NCBI RefSeq assembly: GCF_001194135.2
Contig: NC_068989.1
Location: 79,396,111 to 79,445,663, forward strand
DNA length: 49,553 nucleotides
From: Octopus bimaculoides
Taxonomy: Eukaryota
Direction of reading: 5' to 3'
A model generated the notes under the pieces. That model was not told the DNA's origin and made no database searches. It saw nothing but the letters and a program-made list of their open reading frames with translations. Shown here one piece after another: positions 11,476-24,727 of this stretch. The translations under genes and the position numbers were made by a program. Numbering within the stretch: position 1 is the first letter of the stretch; each line of letters begins with the position of its first letter.

Positions 11476-12315
11476 CCTATGTATATGATATTCTTTTCTG
11501 CACAGTATAAAACATTATATGAAATGACAGGTGGCTTATTCATAATGATATCAACTGGACCTCTTTGAAATGATACGAAACAAACTTTTCTTGAATGATA
11601 ATACAACTTTCTATTTTAAACAGAGTCGTCAGATAAAATTTTCCTGACAGAAATTCAATTGGCTTTTCTCTGAAGATGACACTAAATCATTTTAACGCAG
11701 AGCTTTGAAGTTGTTAAAAGTGGTGTTTGTGTCTTTCATGAGATCATTTGTAACCTATGTCACGGAAAATGTATCTACGCAAGTAAAAAAAAAAAAAGTC
11801 CTTACAACTTTCCCGTAAAATGAAGTCTTACTATTTGTAATTTTAGTTTCTCGAACAGCAAACACACTAAATGAAGATGTTTGTGTAATGTTGACTAAAG
11901 AAATTTTAACTAAATGGAGACTGACCAATAATGTGAATTACAATATTTCTCAAAAACAACAACTTTAATAAAGATAATGCGACAAAAGTAACATAATGAA
12001 ACTCCTTTAACACACAAAGAACATATCCGGAGGGAAATGACATTATAGCGATCTAGAGATTCCAGTGAAGTGTATTTCACCTTATTGATATATGATATTA
12101 TTAGCAGCTAGAAATGGTTCATGACACAGAGAGACACGATTAAATCTATTAGTGTTACCTTACTAAAAACCAACATTAAGGAAGCTGTAGAATGTTACTA
12201 AAAGGCCCATTAGTCGATAGATGGCTTTAAGTGAAACAGAATCGAGTCTTTGAAACAGTTTCGTTTCCCACATGTATTCTTTAAAAAGCTATATATGTCT
12301 TACTTGTTTCAGTTA

Positions 12316-12454
12316 TTCTTTTCTGCTCTAGGCACAAGGCCCGAAATTCTTGAGGAGGGGGCTCGTCGATTAGATCGACCCCAATAAGCAGATGGTACTT
12401 AATCTATCGACCCCGAAAGGATGAAAGCAAAGTCGATTTTGGCGGAATTTGAAC
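12316..12454 (-). mobile_element. SINE-A, 5'-truncated
   Basis: TTTTCTGCTCTAGGCACAAGGCCCGAAATT...GGCGGAATTTGAAC. Confidence 0.85.
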
Positions 12455-13379
12455 GATTATCCATTGGCGATCGTGGTATATCTTCTGTAAGAACCGGATG
12501 ATTGTTTCCTGTTGCCCAGTCTTCTTAGTTATGTAACCAATCGGGATTGATCCATATTTGTTGCTATTGTGTAGAATGACATTTTAAGCACCACTTAGAA
12601 CTTTGAATAACTGCCATTCACTTGGTATATATTTTGATATGGTTACTTTTATGAGCAAAACCTTGAACATCTTTGCTCAAAATGAAAGCCCTAAATCCAT
12701 TTCTCTATTGTGATAGTACAGTACGTGATTTTACTACATTTATTCATAAGGGCATTCTCTCAAAAACTAGAACTGCTGGAAACAAATGGAGGTAATATTC
12801 TTATTACGTGGTGTGAAAATACTTAGAATCTGATGTAAGATCTAAAGCAATAAAATTTTTAAAAATTTGTTCCCCAGTGTTACAAAATGCTCTCTGTATA
12901 AAGTTTATCTCATCAATTCCGTTCCATAGTTACGGCATTACATACATAAACCGTTGTAGAATAATCTTATAAATGTATTCAATTTAAGAACGAGCATCTT
13001 CATTGTTTCTATAGCTTTATTACATTATACACATACACGGAAAGATCAAGAGAACGAACGAAGCCAAAAAAACTAATCAAAGGTATTGATTAGTTTAGAT
13101 CTCCACTAAACGTTATACCGTAATTTGCGACTAGTTTCATATAGTTACCGAAAAAAACTCACCACGATTTTTTATTACTACTCTCATCACCCATATCAAT
13201 TAAAATAGCGTTACGGCAATATTAAAAACAAACTCTAATAACAGAGATGCTTGTATTATATTCTACAGACAAACTAATCTAGTAGAAAAAAATATCAAAC
13301 ACAAAAATGTTATTAAATGAATACACCATGAGCCAAACTTAATATCACCCACCCACACAATATTTATGCATTCATACAT

Positions 13380-13694
13380 AGATACATAGATACATAGATA
13401 CATACATATATATATGTATATATATGAAAAACCACAGAGAAAACAACAAAACGAAGCAAATCAGTATTCTATAGGCGGACTATCTGATTCAAAGCTGCCC
13501 TTTGTTGTCGGCTATGAATATATTATTGTACAAATAAGGGAACACATGAAATACATAGTTTTGATAAATTAACGAACGTATACAAATTTTCGGCTATTTC
13601 AAATTAATGCATATATTTATTATACACTCACACATACACGTTCATACTCACACATATTTAAATATAAAACTATGTGTGTATGTATGCATGCATA

Positions 13695-13743
<49 letters not shown>

Positions 13744-13795
13744 CAATACACATGTATATATGCACACGTATATGCATATGTACATACTCGCTTCC

Positions 13796-13827
<32 letters not shown>

Positions 13828-14125
13828 TCGTATATATACATGCTTATCGTATATATCTCGTATGCATTTCACTTCATTCACATGATTTATGTATGTGTGT
13901 TTTATATAATTAATGTCTATACATATGAATAAATATCTTTATGTATGACTGAATGTGTCTATGTTTATAAGTGTATATACAAGTGTAAATATGTATCTCT
14001 TCGATCGGGTATCATATAGACACGCACTTACGCAAACACACATACAATATATACACACATGTTGTCCTCTCAGGAAATGTATACACACACGCATACACAC
14101 ACTCACACATACTCATACAAACTCA
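13380..14125. repeat. Degenerate (TA)/(CA)/(TATG) low-complexity tract
   Basis: Direct inspection. Confidence 0.9.
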
Positions 14126-14309
14126 AATATAATCATCTGAAGTTCTCTATTAGAAGCCGTAGAGCAATAAAACTGATATATTTGGCAAATGTCCACCTTG
14201 GACAGGTCGAGTGTCCATTTGAAATGTACAGTTATGTCTTTTCAGAGACATATGACTGACAGCAAATGGACTAAAGGTTAAAACTGGTTGCAGACACGGC
14301 ACAGGTGAT

Positions 14310-15205
14310 ATATGTATGTGGTGGTATAGGTGATGGTAGTGGTGACCGTAGTGATGATGATGATGATGATGACGACGACGACGACGACGATGATGATGAT
14401 GATGATGATGATGGTAGAGGTGTTGGTGACAGAATGGTGTGTGTACTGATAGTGGTAGTGGTGGTGGTAGTGATGATGGCGATGGTAGTGAAGTGGTGAT
14501 AGGTAGAGGTGTTGGTGACAGAATGGTTGGGGTAGTCGTGATCGTAGTGGTAGTGGTAGGGATGGTGGTGGTAGTGGTGATGGTAGAAATGTTGGTGACG
14601 GAATGGTAGGGGCGATGGTGGTGGTAGTGGTGTTTGCGATGAAATGGTGAGGATGGTGTTAGTGACGGTGGAATGGTGGCGGTGGTGGTAGTGATTTCAA
14701 GGTAGCGGTAAAAGTGGTGGTGATGGTGGCGGAAGGGAGGGGTGGTGGTGTGACAGTGGTGGTAGTGGTGGTAATATGGGGATGGCTGAGGAGTTAGTAT
14801 CAAAATGGTGGTGATGGTAGTAATGGTGATGATGGTGGTGGTGGTCGTAGTGGTTCTGATAATGATTGTAGAGGTATTAGTAATAATGGTGGTGATAATG
14901 GTTTGATAATCATTGTAGTAGTAATGAAAGAGGTGGCGATAGTGGCGGCGGCGACGGTGGCGGTGGCGGTGGTGGTGGTAGTGGTGGTACTGGTACTAGT
15001 GGTAGTAGTAGTAGTGTTGGTGGTGATGATGAAAGTAGAGGTGGTGATTGTAGTGGTGTCTTAGTTGCGTTGGTGGTAGTGTTGATGGTGGTGGTAGTGG
15101 CGGTGGTGATGGTGACAGATTCTAGTGATGGTAATGGTGGTAGTGGTGGTGGTGGTGGTGATGGGAGTAGTGGTGACGGTAGTGGTGGGAGTGGTAGTGA
15201 CGGTG
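14310..15205 (+). repeat. G-rich compound trinucleotide tract (GGT/GAT/GTA/GAC) with an embedded repeated core
   Basis: Core GGTAGAGGTGTTGGTGACAGAATGGT at 14413 and 14502, variant at 14582. Strong G/T strand skew. Confidence 0.9.
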
Positions 15206-15414
15206 TTGGTGAAAGACTGCATCAAGATCTTTAAAGTGGCCAAAGAAAATTGGTCTACAGAAAATCTCAATGAATGGTAAAAGATATCGAAATGTCGACA
15301 TATCGAAAGAGAGATTAAAAGAAAAATAGCAACGACGAAAGAGAATAAGAGGAGAGAGAGAAAGAAAGAGAGAAAGAAAGAGAGAAAGAGAGGGGAGAAT
15401 ATATATTTATATGT

Positions 15415-15492
<78 letters not shown>

Positions 15493-15495
<3 letters not shown>

Positions 15496-15900
15496 GGAGT
15501 GGCTGTGTGGTAAGTAGCTTGCTTATGAATCGCATGGTTCCGGGTTCAGTCCCACTGCGTGGCACCTTTGGCAAGTGTCTTCTACTATAGCCTCGGGCCG
15601 ACCAAAGCCTTGTGAGTGGATTTGGTAGACGGAAACTGAAAGAAGCCCGGCGTATATATGTATATATATGTATAAGTATGTGTGCGTGCGTGTGTATGTT
15701 TGTGTGTCCGTGTTTGTCCCCCCAACATCGTTTGACAACAGATGCTGGTGTGTTTACGTCCCCGTAACTTAGCGGTTCGGCAAAAGAGACCGATAGAATA
15801 AGTGCTAGGCTTACAAAGAATAAGTCCTGGGGTCGATTTGCTCGACTGAAGGCGGTGCTCCAGCATGGCCACAGTCAAATGACTGAAACAAGTAAAAAAG
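15493..15900 (+). mobile_element. SINE-B, full length, relatively young
   Basis: A-box TGGCTGTGTGGT, B-box GGTTCAGTCCC, CORE-like GGCACCTTTGGCAAGTGTC, internal (TA/TG)n, 3' ...GACTGAAACAAGTAAAAAAG. Inserted in a TA tract. Confidence 0.9.
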
Positions 15901-16354
15901 TATATGTGTATGTATGTAAGTATAATGAGTATATACATTTACACACAAATACGCATAAGATCGAAAAAGACAGAGTGGGACAGAGACATGGAGAGAGAGT
16001 GGGAGAGAAATAGAGAGAGAGAGGGGGGGGTGAGTAAAAGTGCTGATTTATGAAAGAGATCCAACGTCAATTTGATATACGAAGAAAGGTGGGAAATTTG
16101 ATAATGGAAAAAAGTGTTAGTCTGATAGAAATATACAGAGATACAGAAAGATGAAGTGATACACAGGCAGATAGATAAATAGATAAATAGATAAACTAAT
16201 AGATAGATAACTGGGAGCAAGAGAGATGAATATATATAGAGATAAAGAGAGATATTGAAATGGAAATATGCAAGGACGTTTTAAGTGTTCGTGTGGGATG
16301 AGAACTTTGGAAAGTGTGATCACATTTCTCTTAGTCGAAAGTTTTACAGCTTTC

Positions 16355-16444
<90 letters not shown>

Positions 16445-16957
16445 TCAGATGAATATGGAAACCTCGGTACTAAAGAATGTTAAAAAAAAAATAATTTAAG
16501 AGAGTTACAGTTTCACTAGGAAATATAATTAAATTTATAGGAGGTATGCAAGCGATAGAATCAACTTCCATCAATATTTTATTAGGTTTTTACTCGTCTT
16601 GCAACAAAGGTGAATTTTGTACAAGAAGCGCGTGTATAAGAATCGGCAACACTCTCGTATATTACGTATATCTATTTATATGTTGTACTGGCTGCTTAGC
16701 GCCAGATCAACTGGCAGTAAACCGGTCATCAAAAGTTTTGGAGTCGTAGTATTTTGTTTAGGTTTAATATATCCAGAGCTGCATGATTGTGAAAACATAC
16801 GCATCCTTAACTTTTTAAGACAGTTACGAATGATTTCATAACAATTTGGCTACTATTTCTAGTAACTCTAAACAATTCGTAAAGATTTATGTACCTATGT
16901 ACACTGTTAAGTGTTTAAATGTACTACGTGTGTGTAATTAGTGTTATTCTGATAATT

Positions 16958-17286
16958 ATTCTTTTCTACTCTAGGCACAAGGCCCGAAACTTTGGGGGAG
17001 GGGGCCAGTCAATTAGATCTACCCTAGTACGCAACTAGTACTTAGCTTATCAGTCCCGAAAGGATGAAAGGCAAAGCCGACCACGGCGGAATTTGAACTC
17101 AGAACATAAAGACAGAATCGTTACAGACCCGGATTTTCCAGGGCCTTCTTCCAAAAGTTCGGGCCTTGTGCTTACAGTAGAAAAGAAATGCGGCGAGCCG
17201 GCAGAAAAGTTAGCACGCAGGCCGAAATGCTTAGCGGTATTTCGTCTGTCTTTACGTTCTGAGTTCAAATCCCGTCGAGGCCGACT
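16958..17286. mobile_element. Rearranged SINE-A: minus-strand tail and core, then plus-strand tail, then plus-strand head
   Basis: About 16963-17000 is inverted relative to 17148-17186, and about 17078-17118 is inverted relative to 17244-17285. Confidence 0.8.
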
Positions 17287-17306
17287 TAAACAACGCATAA
17301 TATTGC

Positions 17307-17692
17307 AGGTGGGGCCCAGTTTGAATTTTCTTCAGGTCAAATAGTCCATCCCGCTCAAAAGGTCTCTGAATAAGGGTTGTTTAAGGATGTTGAACGAAAG
17401 CTGTTTCCAGAAGTGAATTATTCAAACACCAAAAAATTCCTCTTAACACTTGCCTATGATGATCCCCCACTACTTCTGCTCGTGATCAGAGGTGCACAAA
17501 TTGTCAGCCGCCAGGGGACATGCTCAACTGGTTAAGGTCAAACAACTGACAAGCAAATCTGTGGTATTGAAGAGAAAATTTGCTGTAGCCCATCTTTTAT
17601 ACCAAGGCAAAACAACGTACATGATAATACTACCAATCAGTTTAGATCAGAAGCCATGAGAGCCACTGCCTGGTACTGCATCCGGGCATTTA
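17307..17692 (+). mobile_element. Unclassified non-coding retroposon-like repeat C, 3' part, with (TTA)n-rich tail
   Basis: Homologous to the reverse complement of 44706-45080 (GTCAAACAACTGACAAG, GCTGTAGCCCATCTTTT, GATCAGAAGCCATGAGAG, GCCTGGTACTGCATCCGGG). Followed by a trinucleotide tail. Confidence 0.8.
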
Positions 17693-17734
17693 TTATTGTT
17701 GTCGTTGTTGTTATAATTATTACCATTATCATCA

Positions 17735-17777
<43 letters not shown>

Positions 17778-17790
17778 CATTATTATTATT

Positions 17791-17878
<88 letters not shown>

Positions 17879-18297
17879 GAATTAATATTGAAATTACTTC
17901 TATTCATTTAATTCTCATCGTACAATAGCTGACTATTATAATTCGAATTTCCAGCACATTAAATATTCGTAGCGTTACTATTTGCCAAGGTACGCTTGAA
18001 TAGGTGTGTAAAATAGAAGATGCTAACTACATGATTTATACTTTATGGCTTATTGCTCGTATACTGCCGTTGTTTGCTATTTGCCATCATTCTTTATTTG
18101 TCTCCCGTTAATTCTGCTTGTTTCAGTATTCCTGGGCGAGAGCAAAACTGACGTGGTTAAAAATTAATAATCTCATTTGAATGCTATAATCAAAACACTC
18201 ATTAATTATAAAGTTGTTTTTATTGTTTATAGTTAGCGGCTACTCTATGCAACTATTTACAGCTGACCTTTTACGGAGTCAGTGTATTTGGCAGTCA

Positions 18298-18620
18298 AGG
18301 CACATGGCTAAATGCGTTGGGTATTGAACTCACAATTGTAAGGAGGAGAGTTCGATTTCCGGTGGCGACTTGTGTCCTTGAGCAAGACATTATATTTCAC
18401 GTTGCTCCAGTTCACTCAGCTAGCAAACATGTGTAGTACCTGTAATTCAAAGGGTCAGCATTGTCATATTCTGTGTCGCACTGAATCTCCTTGAGAATTA
18501 TGTTCAGGTTACGCGCGTCTGTGAATTGCTCATCCACATGTACGTTAATTTCCCGAGCTGTCTGTTCCGTCCATCGGATCAACTGCGACGCTCGTCGTCG
18601 TAACCGACGGAGTGTCAGTA
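18298..18620 (+). mobile_element. SINE-D1: tRNA head, CORE-like domain, 3' tail shared with 26479-26863
   Basis: GAGTTCGATTTCC B-box; TGTGTCCTTGAGCAAGAC...CCAGTTCACTCAGCT; tail CCTGTAATTCAAAGGGTCAGC...GGATCAACTG...CGACGGAGTG. Confidence 0.75.
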
Positions 18621-18679
18621 TTTGACACAATCACAACGCAGAATCAATGAATAAAACAATTTTAAATCGTTTAGACCAG

Positions 18680-19065
18680 GCATGGCTGTCTGGTTAAAAA
18701 GCTCATTATGAAACCACGTGGTTTCGAGTTCAGCCCCTCTGTGCACCACCTTGGGAAAGTGTCTTCCACTAAAACCCCAGGTCAGCTAATGCCTTGTGAG
18801 TGAATTTGGTAGATGAAAACTGTGTGGAAGCCCGTATGGGTGTGTGTGTGTGTGTGTGAGTGAGTGAATGTTTGGCTTTATCCCTACCCCATCGCTTGAC
18901 TACCGATGTTGGTTTGTTTATGTCTCTGGTCGTAAGTGTTTCGGCAACAAAACCCAATAGAATAACTGCCAACTTAAGAATAAATGCTGTGATCACTACT
19001 TTCAGCTAAAGCCTTCAAAGCGGTACCTCGTCACGGCTGCTGGGGAAGACTGAAACAAATAAAAT
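18680..19065 (+). mobile_element. SINE-B, diverged
   Basis: GGCATGGCTGTCTGGTT, CACCTTGGGAAAGTGTCTTCC, CTTGTGAGTGAATTTGGTAGA, internal (TG)n, GACTGAAACAAATAAAA. Confidence 0.8.
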
Positions 19066-19564
19066 ATTTCAGATTGATAGGAGTTAAGCCTGATGGTGCT
19101 CAGTTTGATATTAATAGGAAAACAATAAGATAGGAAAGGAGACCCAGAGAAAGAATGACAAAAATGTATTCAATGAATGATAGGGAAAGGAAATGTAATA
19201 AATCTATTACGATGAGATAAAACGCTTTGTGACTGGGACGCTACGGTGGCCTCAAGACTTACTTGAGGCAAATCCTTATACATACATACATAACTTTTTT
19301 TATACATGTGTACATATAAGAAATTGGGATGACAAAGGAATAAACAGTTATAATATGAAATTCATTAGCTTATAGCTGTTTCTGCTATAAGGTGTAATGC
19401 GCTCATAGTTAAGTGCTTGGGTATCATCCTGTTACTTCATCGGAGCTTCGAACAATTTGTCATCCTTTGTCATCGTTATTATTACCGCTATGTACCCAAC
19501 TGACGCCTCGTTCTGAAAGATATGTATAGTGAGTTCTAACCCCAGGTTATTGGCATTGCAGTGC

Positions 19565-19605
<41 letters not shown>

Positions 19606-19784
19606 NNNNNNNNNNAGAGAGAGAGAGAGAGAGTCGTGGCCAAAATTTTGGGACATAGGTCTGAAAATTAGAATTTTTGTTTAAATACCCAAAGTTATAT
19701 TTGAACCAAATTGTACTTGGGCATAATTTTAATTTTTAAAAAATCTTCAAAACTTTTGCCCACGGCTGTACACACACACACACA

Positions 19785-19831
<47 letters not shown>

Positions 19832-20504
19832 GCACGCATGCACGCGCACACACACACACACACTCACGGACGCACACACAAACCCATTTAACTTATACAA
19901 TCTACTACTGAAGCCTCAGAGCGCGAAACCAAATTACAAGATATGGCACGAGTGTCAGTAACATCTTTTAAGATTGTTAACTAACCATCAGCACCAACAC
20001 ATCGTTACGTATCAAAGCCATCACCTTTACCATTATTAGTTTCCTTACTTTCATCAGTATAATTAGCCATTAAATATAATTTCACCTATCTGTAGCAACA
20101 GCTTTAGAGTTATTAAATGTAAATTTGCAATATTTATAATGCTTTCTTTGTTATTAAAGGTCAGATAAATTCAGATTTGTTATTTGTCTTCCACGATATC
20201 TGCAAGCTCTTTGCGCAGACTACATTAATCTAACCAACAGCTATTCAATATTAACTGGAAGTATTTCCCTTCCAATTAAGTTTGTAATAACATATTATTC
20301 ATATGAGGTTTAATATTGATGTTCTTAATTTGACGAATGTCTTATTAAGTCGCACACATCCCGCAGTATCAAAAACCACTCCTGTTACTGGACTTGTAAA
20401 CAAATGTTGTTGGCAAAAAAAAACAAACAGTGTCAGTATTTCCTGTTCACATCTTAAACTTTATGCATATCAGGTGAAGACAACGAGAAACGTACCTATT
20501 AGAG

Positions 20505-20801
20505 CAGGGGTTTTCAAACTGTGGTCCGCGGACCACAGGGGGTCCACAAGGACAAGACAGGGGGTCCGTGGACAGCAAATACTTTTTATGGGCAATTTGA
20601 TTTTATATATGTTTTTTAATCGAAATCTTTTAATTGACAATAAACCTATTTGTTAAATACTGTTAAATAAATAAATGTAAACATATATGTTATTTTAAGC
20701 AAATATTTATGTATAAATTTCATAAGCGTTTATAAGGGGGTCCCTAAGGTAAAGCCTGAAATATAAAGGCGTCCGCAAGTCAAAAAGTTTGAAAACCCCT
20801 G
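20505..20801. mobile_element. hAT (Charlie/Buster-type) MITE, 297 bp
   Basis: Perfect 15-bp TIRs CAGGGGTTTTCAAAC / GTTTGAAAACCCCTG. Perfect 8-bp TSD TATTAGAG at 20497-20504 and 20802-20809. Subterminal GGGGGTCC motifs. Confidence 0.95.
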
Positions 20802-21404
20802 TATTAGAGAATTACAGCAACCCATGGAAATGATAAGATAGTCCTTTTCGAATTTGAATATGACCTATTAGGTTGGGCTTAAACTCGACTTTTTTTTCTG
20901 TGTGACATGAACCTAACGAGTCTTTCATTTCTTTCTAAAAGAAATCGAATTCCGCTTATTGTATGCTGCTGCTGCTGTTGTAATTTAATGCAGTGAATTA
21001 TATCGCTTTATACTCATTGAGATGTATGCATTCATTGGTTGAGAGTTACGTATTTTGACACAGACACAGTACAATATCCATGACGATATGAAATAGCGAT
21101 GGTATGATAAGCGTTAACAACTATTCGGCTTATTACGAACTATTGAATCCATCTAGCAGTGTTGGCCGAAGCTGAAAAAAAGATAAGGCCTGGAGTTACT
21201 ATCTTTCGTTTTTGTTTGCCTGTATTATTTTGCCATCTGCTTTCTTATATTAATGTTTTATTCGTCAAGATTGAAAGAGAGAGATAGGGAGAGAGGGAGA
21301 GAGAGAGAGGGAGAGAGAGAGAGAGGGAGAGAGAGAGAGAGAGAGACAGAGAGACAGAGAGACAGAGAGAGAATAGAAGTAAGGATGTCTATGGATACAA
21401 GTAT

Positions 21405-21559
21405 AGATGTATGGTTAAGAAGTTTGCTTCGTAACCACATGATTTCTGGTTCGATCGTACGTGCGGCACCTTAGGTAAGAGTCTCCCAGTATAGGCCTGG
21501 GCCGTTGAATGCCTTTTGAGTTAATTCTGTTGACAGAAACCTGCGTGGACGTCCGTCTA

Positions 21560-21615
<56 letters not shown>

Positions 21616-21975
21616 GTCTGTTTGTCTGTCTATCTCTCTCGCTCTCTGTCTGCCTGTCTGTCTTTATGTATATATAAATGTATGCGTGACGTGTGTATGT
21701 GAGTGTGTATGGAAGTACACGTATATATATATATATATATGTATGTGAATGCGTATTTGTGTTTGTATCTCATTGCTTGACAACTGATATTGGTTTTCTT
21801 TTTTTTTTATCCTTATAATGTAGCGTTTCGGAAATCCGGGACCAATAGAATAACTCAGAATTTAAAAGATAAGAACTTGGCTTAATTCGTTTGAATAAAT
21901 CCTTCAACATGATGTCCCAGCATGTTCGCAGTTCAGTTTAAGTATAACAGGTAAAAGAATAAAAGAATAAAAGAA
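21405..21975 (+). mobile_element. SINE-B, diverged, with expanded internal (ATCT)n/(TG)n
   Basis: Head GGTTAAGAAGTTTGCTT..AACCACATG, GGCACCTTAGGTAAG, 3' part CCCAGCATG, tail TAAAAGAA repeats. Confidence 0.7.
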
Positions 21976-22309
21976 TAAAGGAATATACAGATTCAGATGT
22001 CGACAATATAAGTGAAAAGACTGCGTATAGTGGAACGTGGAACCGGATCGAAGACTCAGTTTTTCCGAAAGACTCCCCGAAAGAAGGGGAGGCTGGTATG
22101 ATTGGGCAACCACTAGTCTTCCATAAACAACCTTGCCCGACTCGTACCTTGATGGGGAACTTTCTAGGTGCAATTCCTTTATGAGGATCGGATGGTGTTG
22201 TTATAAATTACAAAGCATTCACATTGAATAATATAGAAATATATCATTCCAGGGTGGACAATAAGTAAAATCGATTTCTTTATGTTGAAATCAGAACGTA
22301 AATAAACAT

Positions 22310-22505
22310 GGTTTCAAATTTTGGATCAAGGTCAGCAATTTTGAGGAAGTCGATGACAACGACTGTAGTACTCAACTGGTACTTATTTTATCCACCCTGA
22401 AAGGATAAAATTCAGAGTCGACCTCGGCGAAATTTGAACTTAGAATGTGAAGACAGACGAAATGCCGCTAAACATTTTCCCCGGCATTCTAACGATTCTA
22501 CCAAC
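22310..22505 (-). mobile_element. SINE-A (tail 3)
   Basis: GGTTTCAAATTTTGG..AAGGTCAGCAATTT...GTCGACCTCGGCGAAATTTGAACT...AACGATTCTACCA. Confidence 0.85.
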
Positions 22506-23789
22506 GCATTTTGTTTGTCGCTCAATCATTTCTAGAACTTTATTTCTAGATATCTTATAAAGTGGCACCAAAAGGGTCACTGGTCGTTATTATGATGCTA
22601 ACCTAAACTCGTTATGTTTGGAAGTAAAAATGAAGAGTTCTGGATTATTGACAGAGGGAGATTAGATTCTCAATGACAATATCCCTATTTACGAGTCTTT
22701 AGTTGCACAAGGCGTTATTCAGGATGAAGGTTTCCGGTGGCTTAAACACCTGGAATATTCACCGGATACTGCATCATAGGTTCCCTACTTATTCCCAAAT
22801 CTGAAGAAACGTTTCAAAGAAAAGAAATTTGCTGAAATCACTTATATAGTTTATCAATAAATCTTCAAGCTCAAATTCCTATGATTTTTAGGTTTTCATA
22901 ACAAAGGTACGTTGACATAATTATTGGTATCATACGCCATTTTTGAATGAATAAGTACATACATACTTACATACATATGTACAGAAACACACACACACAC
23001 ATATGCAGTTTTGATTACGGGGTATCCATAAAAGATGGAGGAATATTAGAGAGAAACACGCCACAAACTGTTTATATTGAATGACACAAAAGAGAGAGTT
23101 AATTAATCCATTATAATAGCAGAGAACGCATCCATGAAGGGACGTTCACCGTATTGTTAAGTGGTCCACAACTCTTGTAGTATGCCAAAGTATTCAACAA
23201 TGAATGCAACCATAAGCTTGGAGCAAAAACATAATTAAAACGTTTGAAGTTGATTATCTGATATTGTTTAAATTGCTTCGTTTAGAGTCTTCATTGTGAT
23301 GTAAGCAGAGTGCAATCAGATATGGAGTATGAACAACATTCGTAAGCTAATGTAATATGTTAAACAACTCTTAACTCATTAGACTACTAAGTAAGCAAGC
23401 AAGCAGTGACAGTACCAGATAAGCCATTCGTCTGTTTTATTATAAGCGAATTATACACACACACATACACTATCGATCGCACATACTCAATGCATGTGTT
23501 ATGTTTGTTTGTTCGCTGGTTCGCTGTGTATAGCACCTGGGAGACGACTTCACCATTACGCTGGTTGTTAAAACATCTAAAAATCAATGACAGGGGAAAC
23601 AACTCGCCTCCAACCAAATTCAAGAGTGATGGATACTGATATTTCGCAATTTTTCTGGCTTATCAACGTCACGTACTGTATCGTACCAGAGACGAATGGA
23701 ATCTGCAGCCTATGAATATATATCAATAGTGTAAAAACTACTTATATGCCACGGCGATGCATACGGGAAATTTAAGTCATAGCCTGGCG

Positions 23790-23990
23790 ATTCGATTCGT
23801 CCCTCTGCACAAAACCTTGCAAAAATGTCTTCTACTAAAGCTCCAAGCCAACCAGTACCTTGTGAGTGAATTTGGTTGACAAAATCTGTGTGGAAGCCTG
23901 TATGTGTGTGTACGTGTGTGTGTGTGTGTGTATGTGTGTGTGTGTATTTATGTATGTGTGTCTTTGTATTTATCTCCCACCAACATTTGA
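23790..23990 (+). mobile_element. SINE-B partial
   Basis: AATGTCTTCTACT...CTTGTGAGTGAATTTGGTTGAC...GGAAGCC followed by (TG)n. Confidence 0.7.
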
Positions 23991-24727
23991 TTACCTTTAT
24001 TTCACCGCACAAATAAATTTTCATGGTGGTCATGAATCAAACATTGCAACAACAAAGTCGACACAATGGAAGCTTTCAGAAATAGTAGCTTTCAGAAATA
24101 GCTAATTAAAAAGACTCTGTAATTAAGCTTGCCAAGACAGGAGAAAATATACACACTTGATTCATATCGGCCAACTATAACAGCATATCATGGTTGAGTA
24201 AGAGTTGTAATAACGACTATTATAAGGACAAGAGATTGTGTTGGGCAAACCATGCGTTACCACATACTAAGGCAATCGATAAAAAGTGAAATTGAATCGG
24301 CCGGTCTTTGCGCAAATTTGTTTAGCAAAAGTGGAGACGATGTTCTGCCCAGAAGTCTTCGACACTCTGAAAAGTTGACGCTCAAAACGTACCTATTTAT
24401 AACCCTTGCAGGGAAATGTTCAAGAACCTTCTAGAATGATCTATTACGTGATGTCTGACTGCTGATTAGTCCATAACTCGGTCACTCATGAAAAAGGTGT
24501 TGCTATGCCGTGGTTTTAACTTCGCAATCTGACGACTCCGTTTCGAGTCTTGCCACAATAGTTAGGGCTCTGTTTGTACTTTCGTCTCATGACTCACGAT
24601 AAAATAATTACTAATCAAGTATTGAACGATATCAGGTACATTGAAACCTGTTTTACTAATTTATAATTTGTTCATGTGTTGAATTATTTCTCGCCCTAAA
24701 CATAGAGCCATATAAAAAACTTCATTT

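Noticed and set aside
14150-14803. 217-aa His/Thr/Pro-rich ORF and neighbouring ORFs
   Set aside because: Product of a stop-poor trinucleotide tract. The Thr-rich register shifts frame repeatedly and there is no convincing start or splice context.
15493-15580. tRNA-like sequences here and at 26790-26863, 31899-31985 and 36885-36950
   Set aside because: They are SINE heads with A/B boxes that continue into SINE bodies and form no proper cloverleaf. Not tRNA genes.
19249-19269. 8-bp hairpin GCCTCAAG-ACTTA-CTTGAGGC
   Set aside because: One or more hairpins of this size are expected by chance in 50 kb, and there is no supporting context.
22975-23400. TA-CGGGGTATCCATAAAA as a possible mariner left end
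   Set aside because: No matching inverted end or transposase motifs were found nearby.
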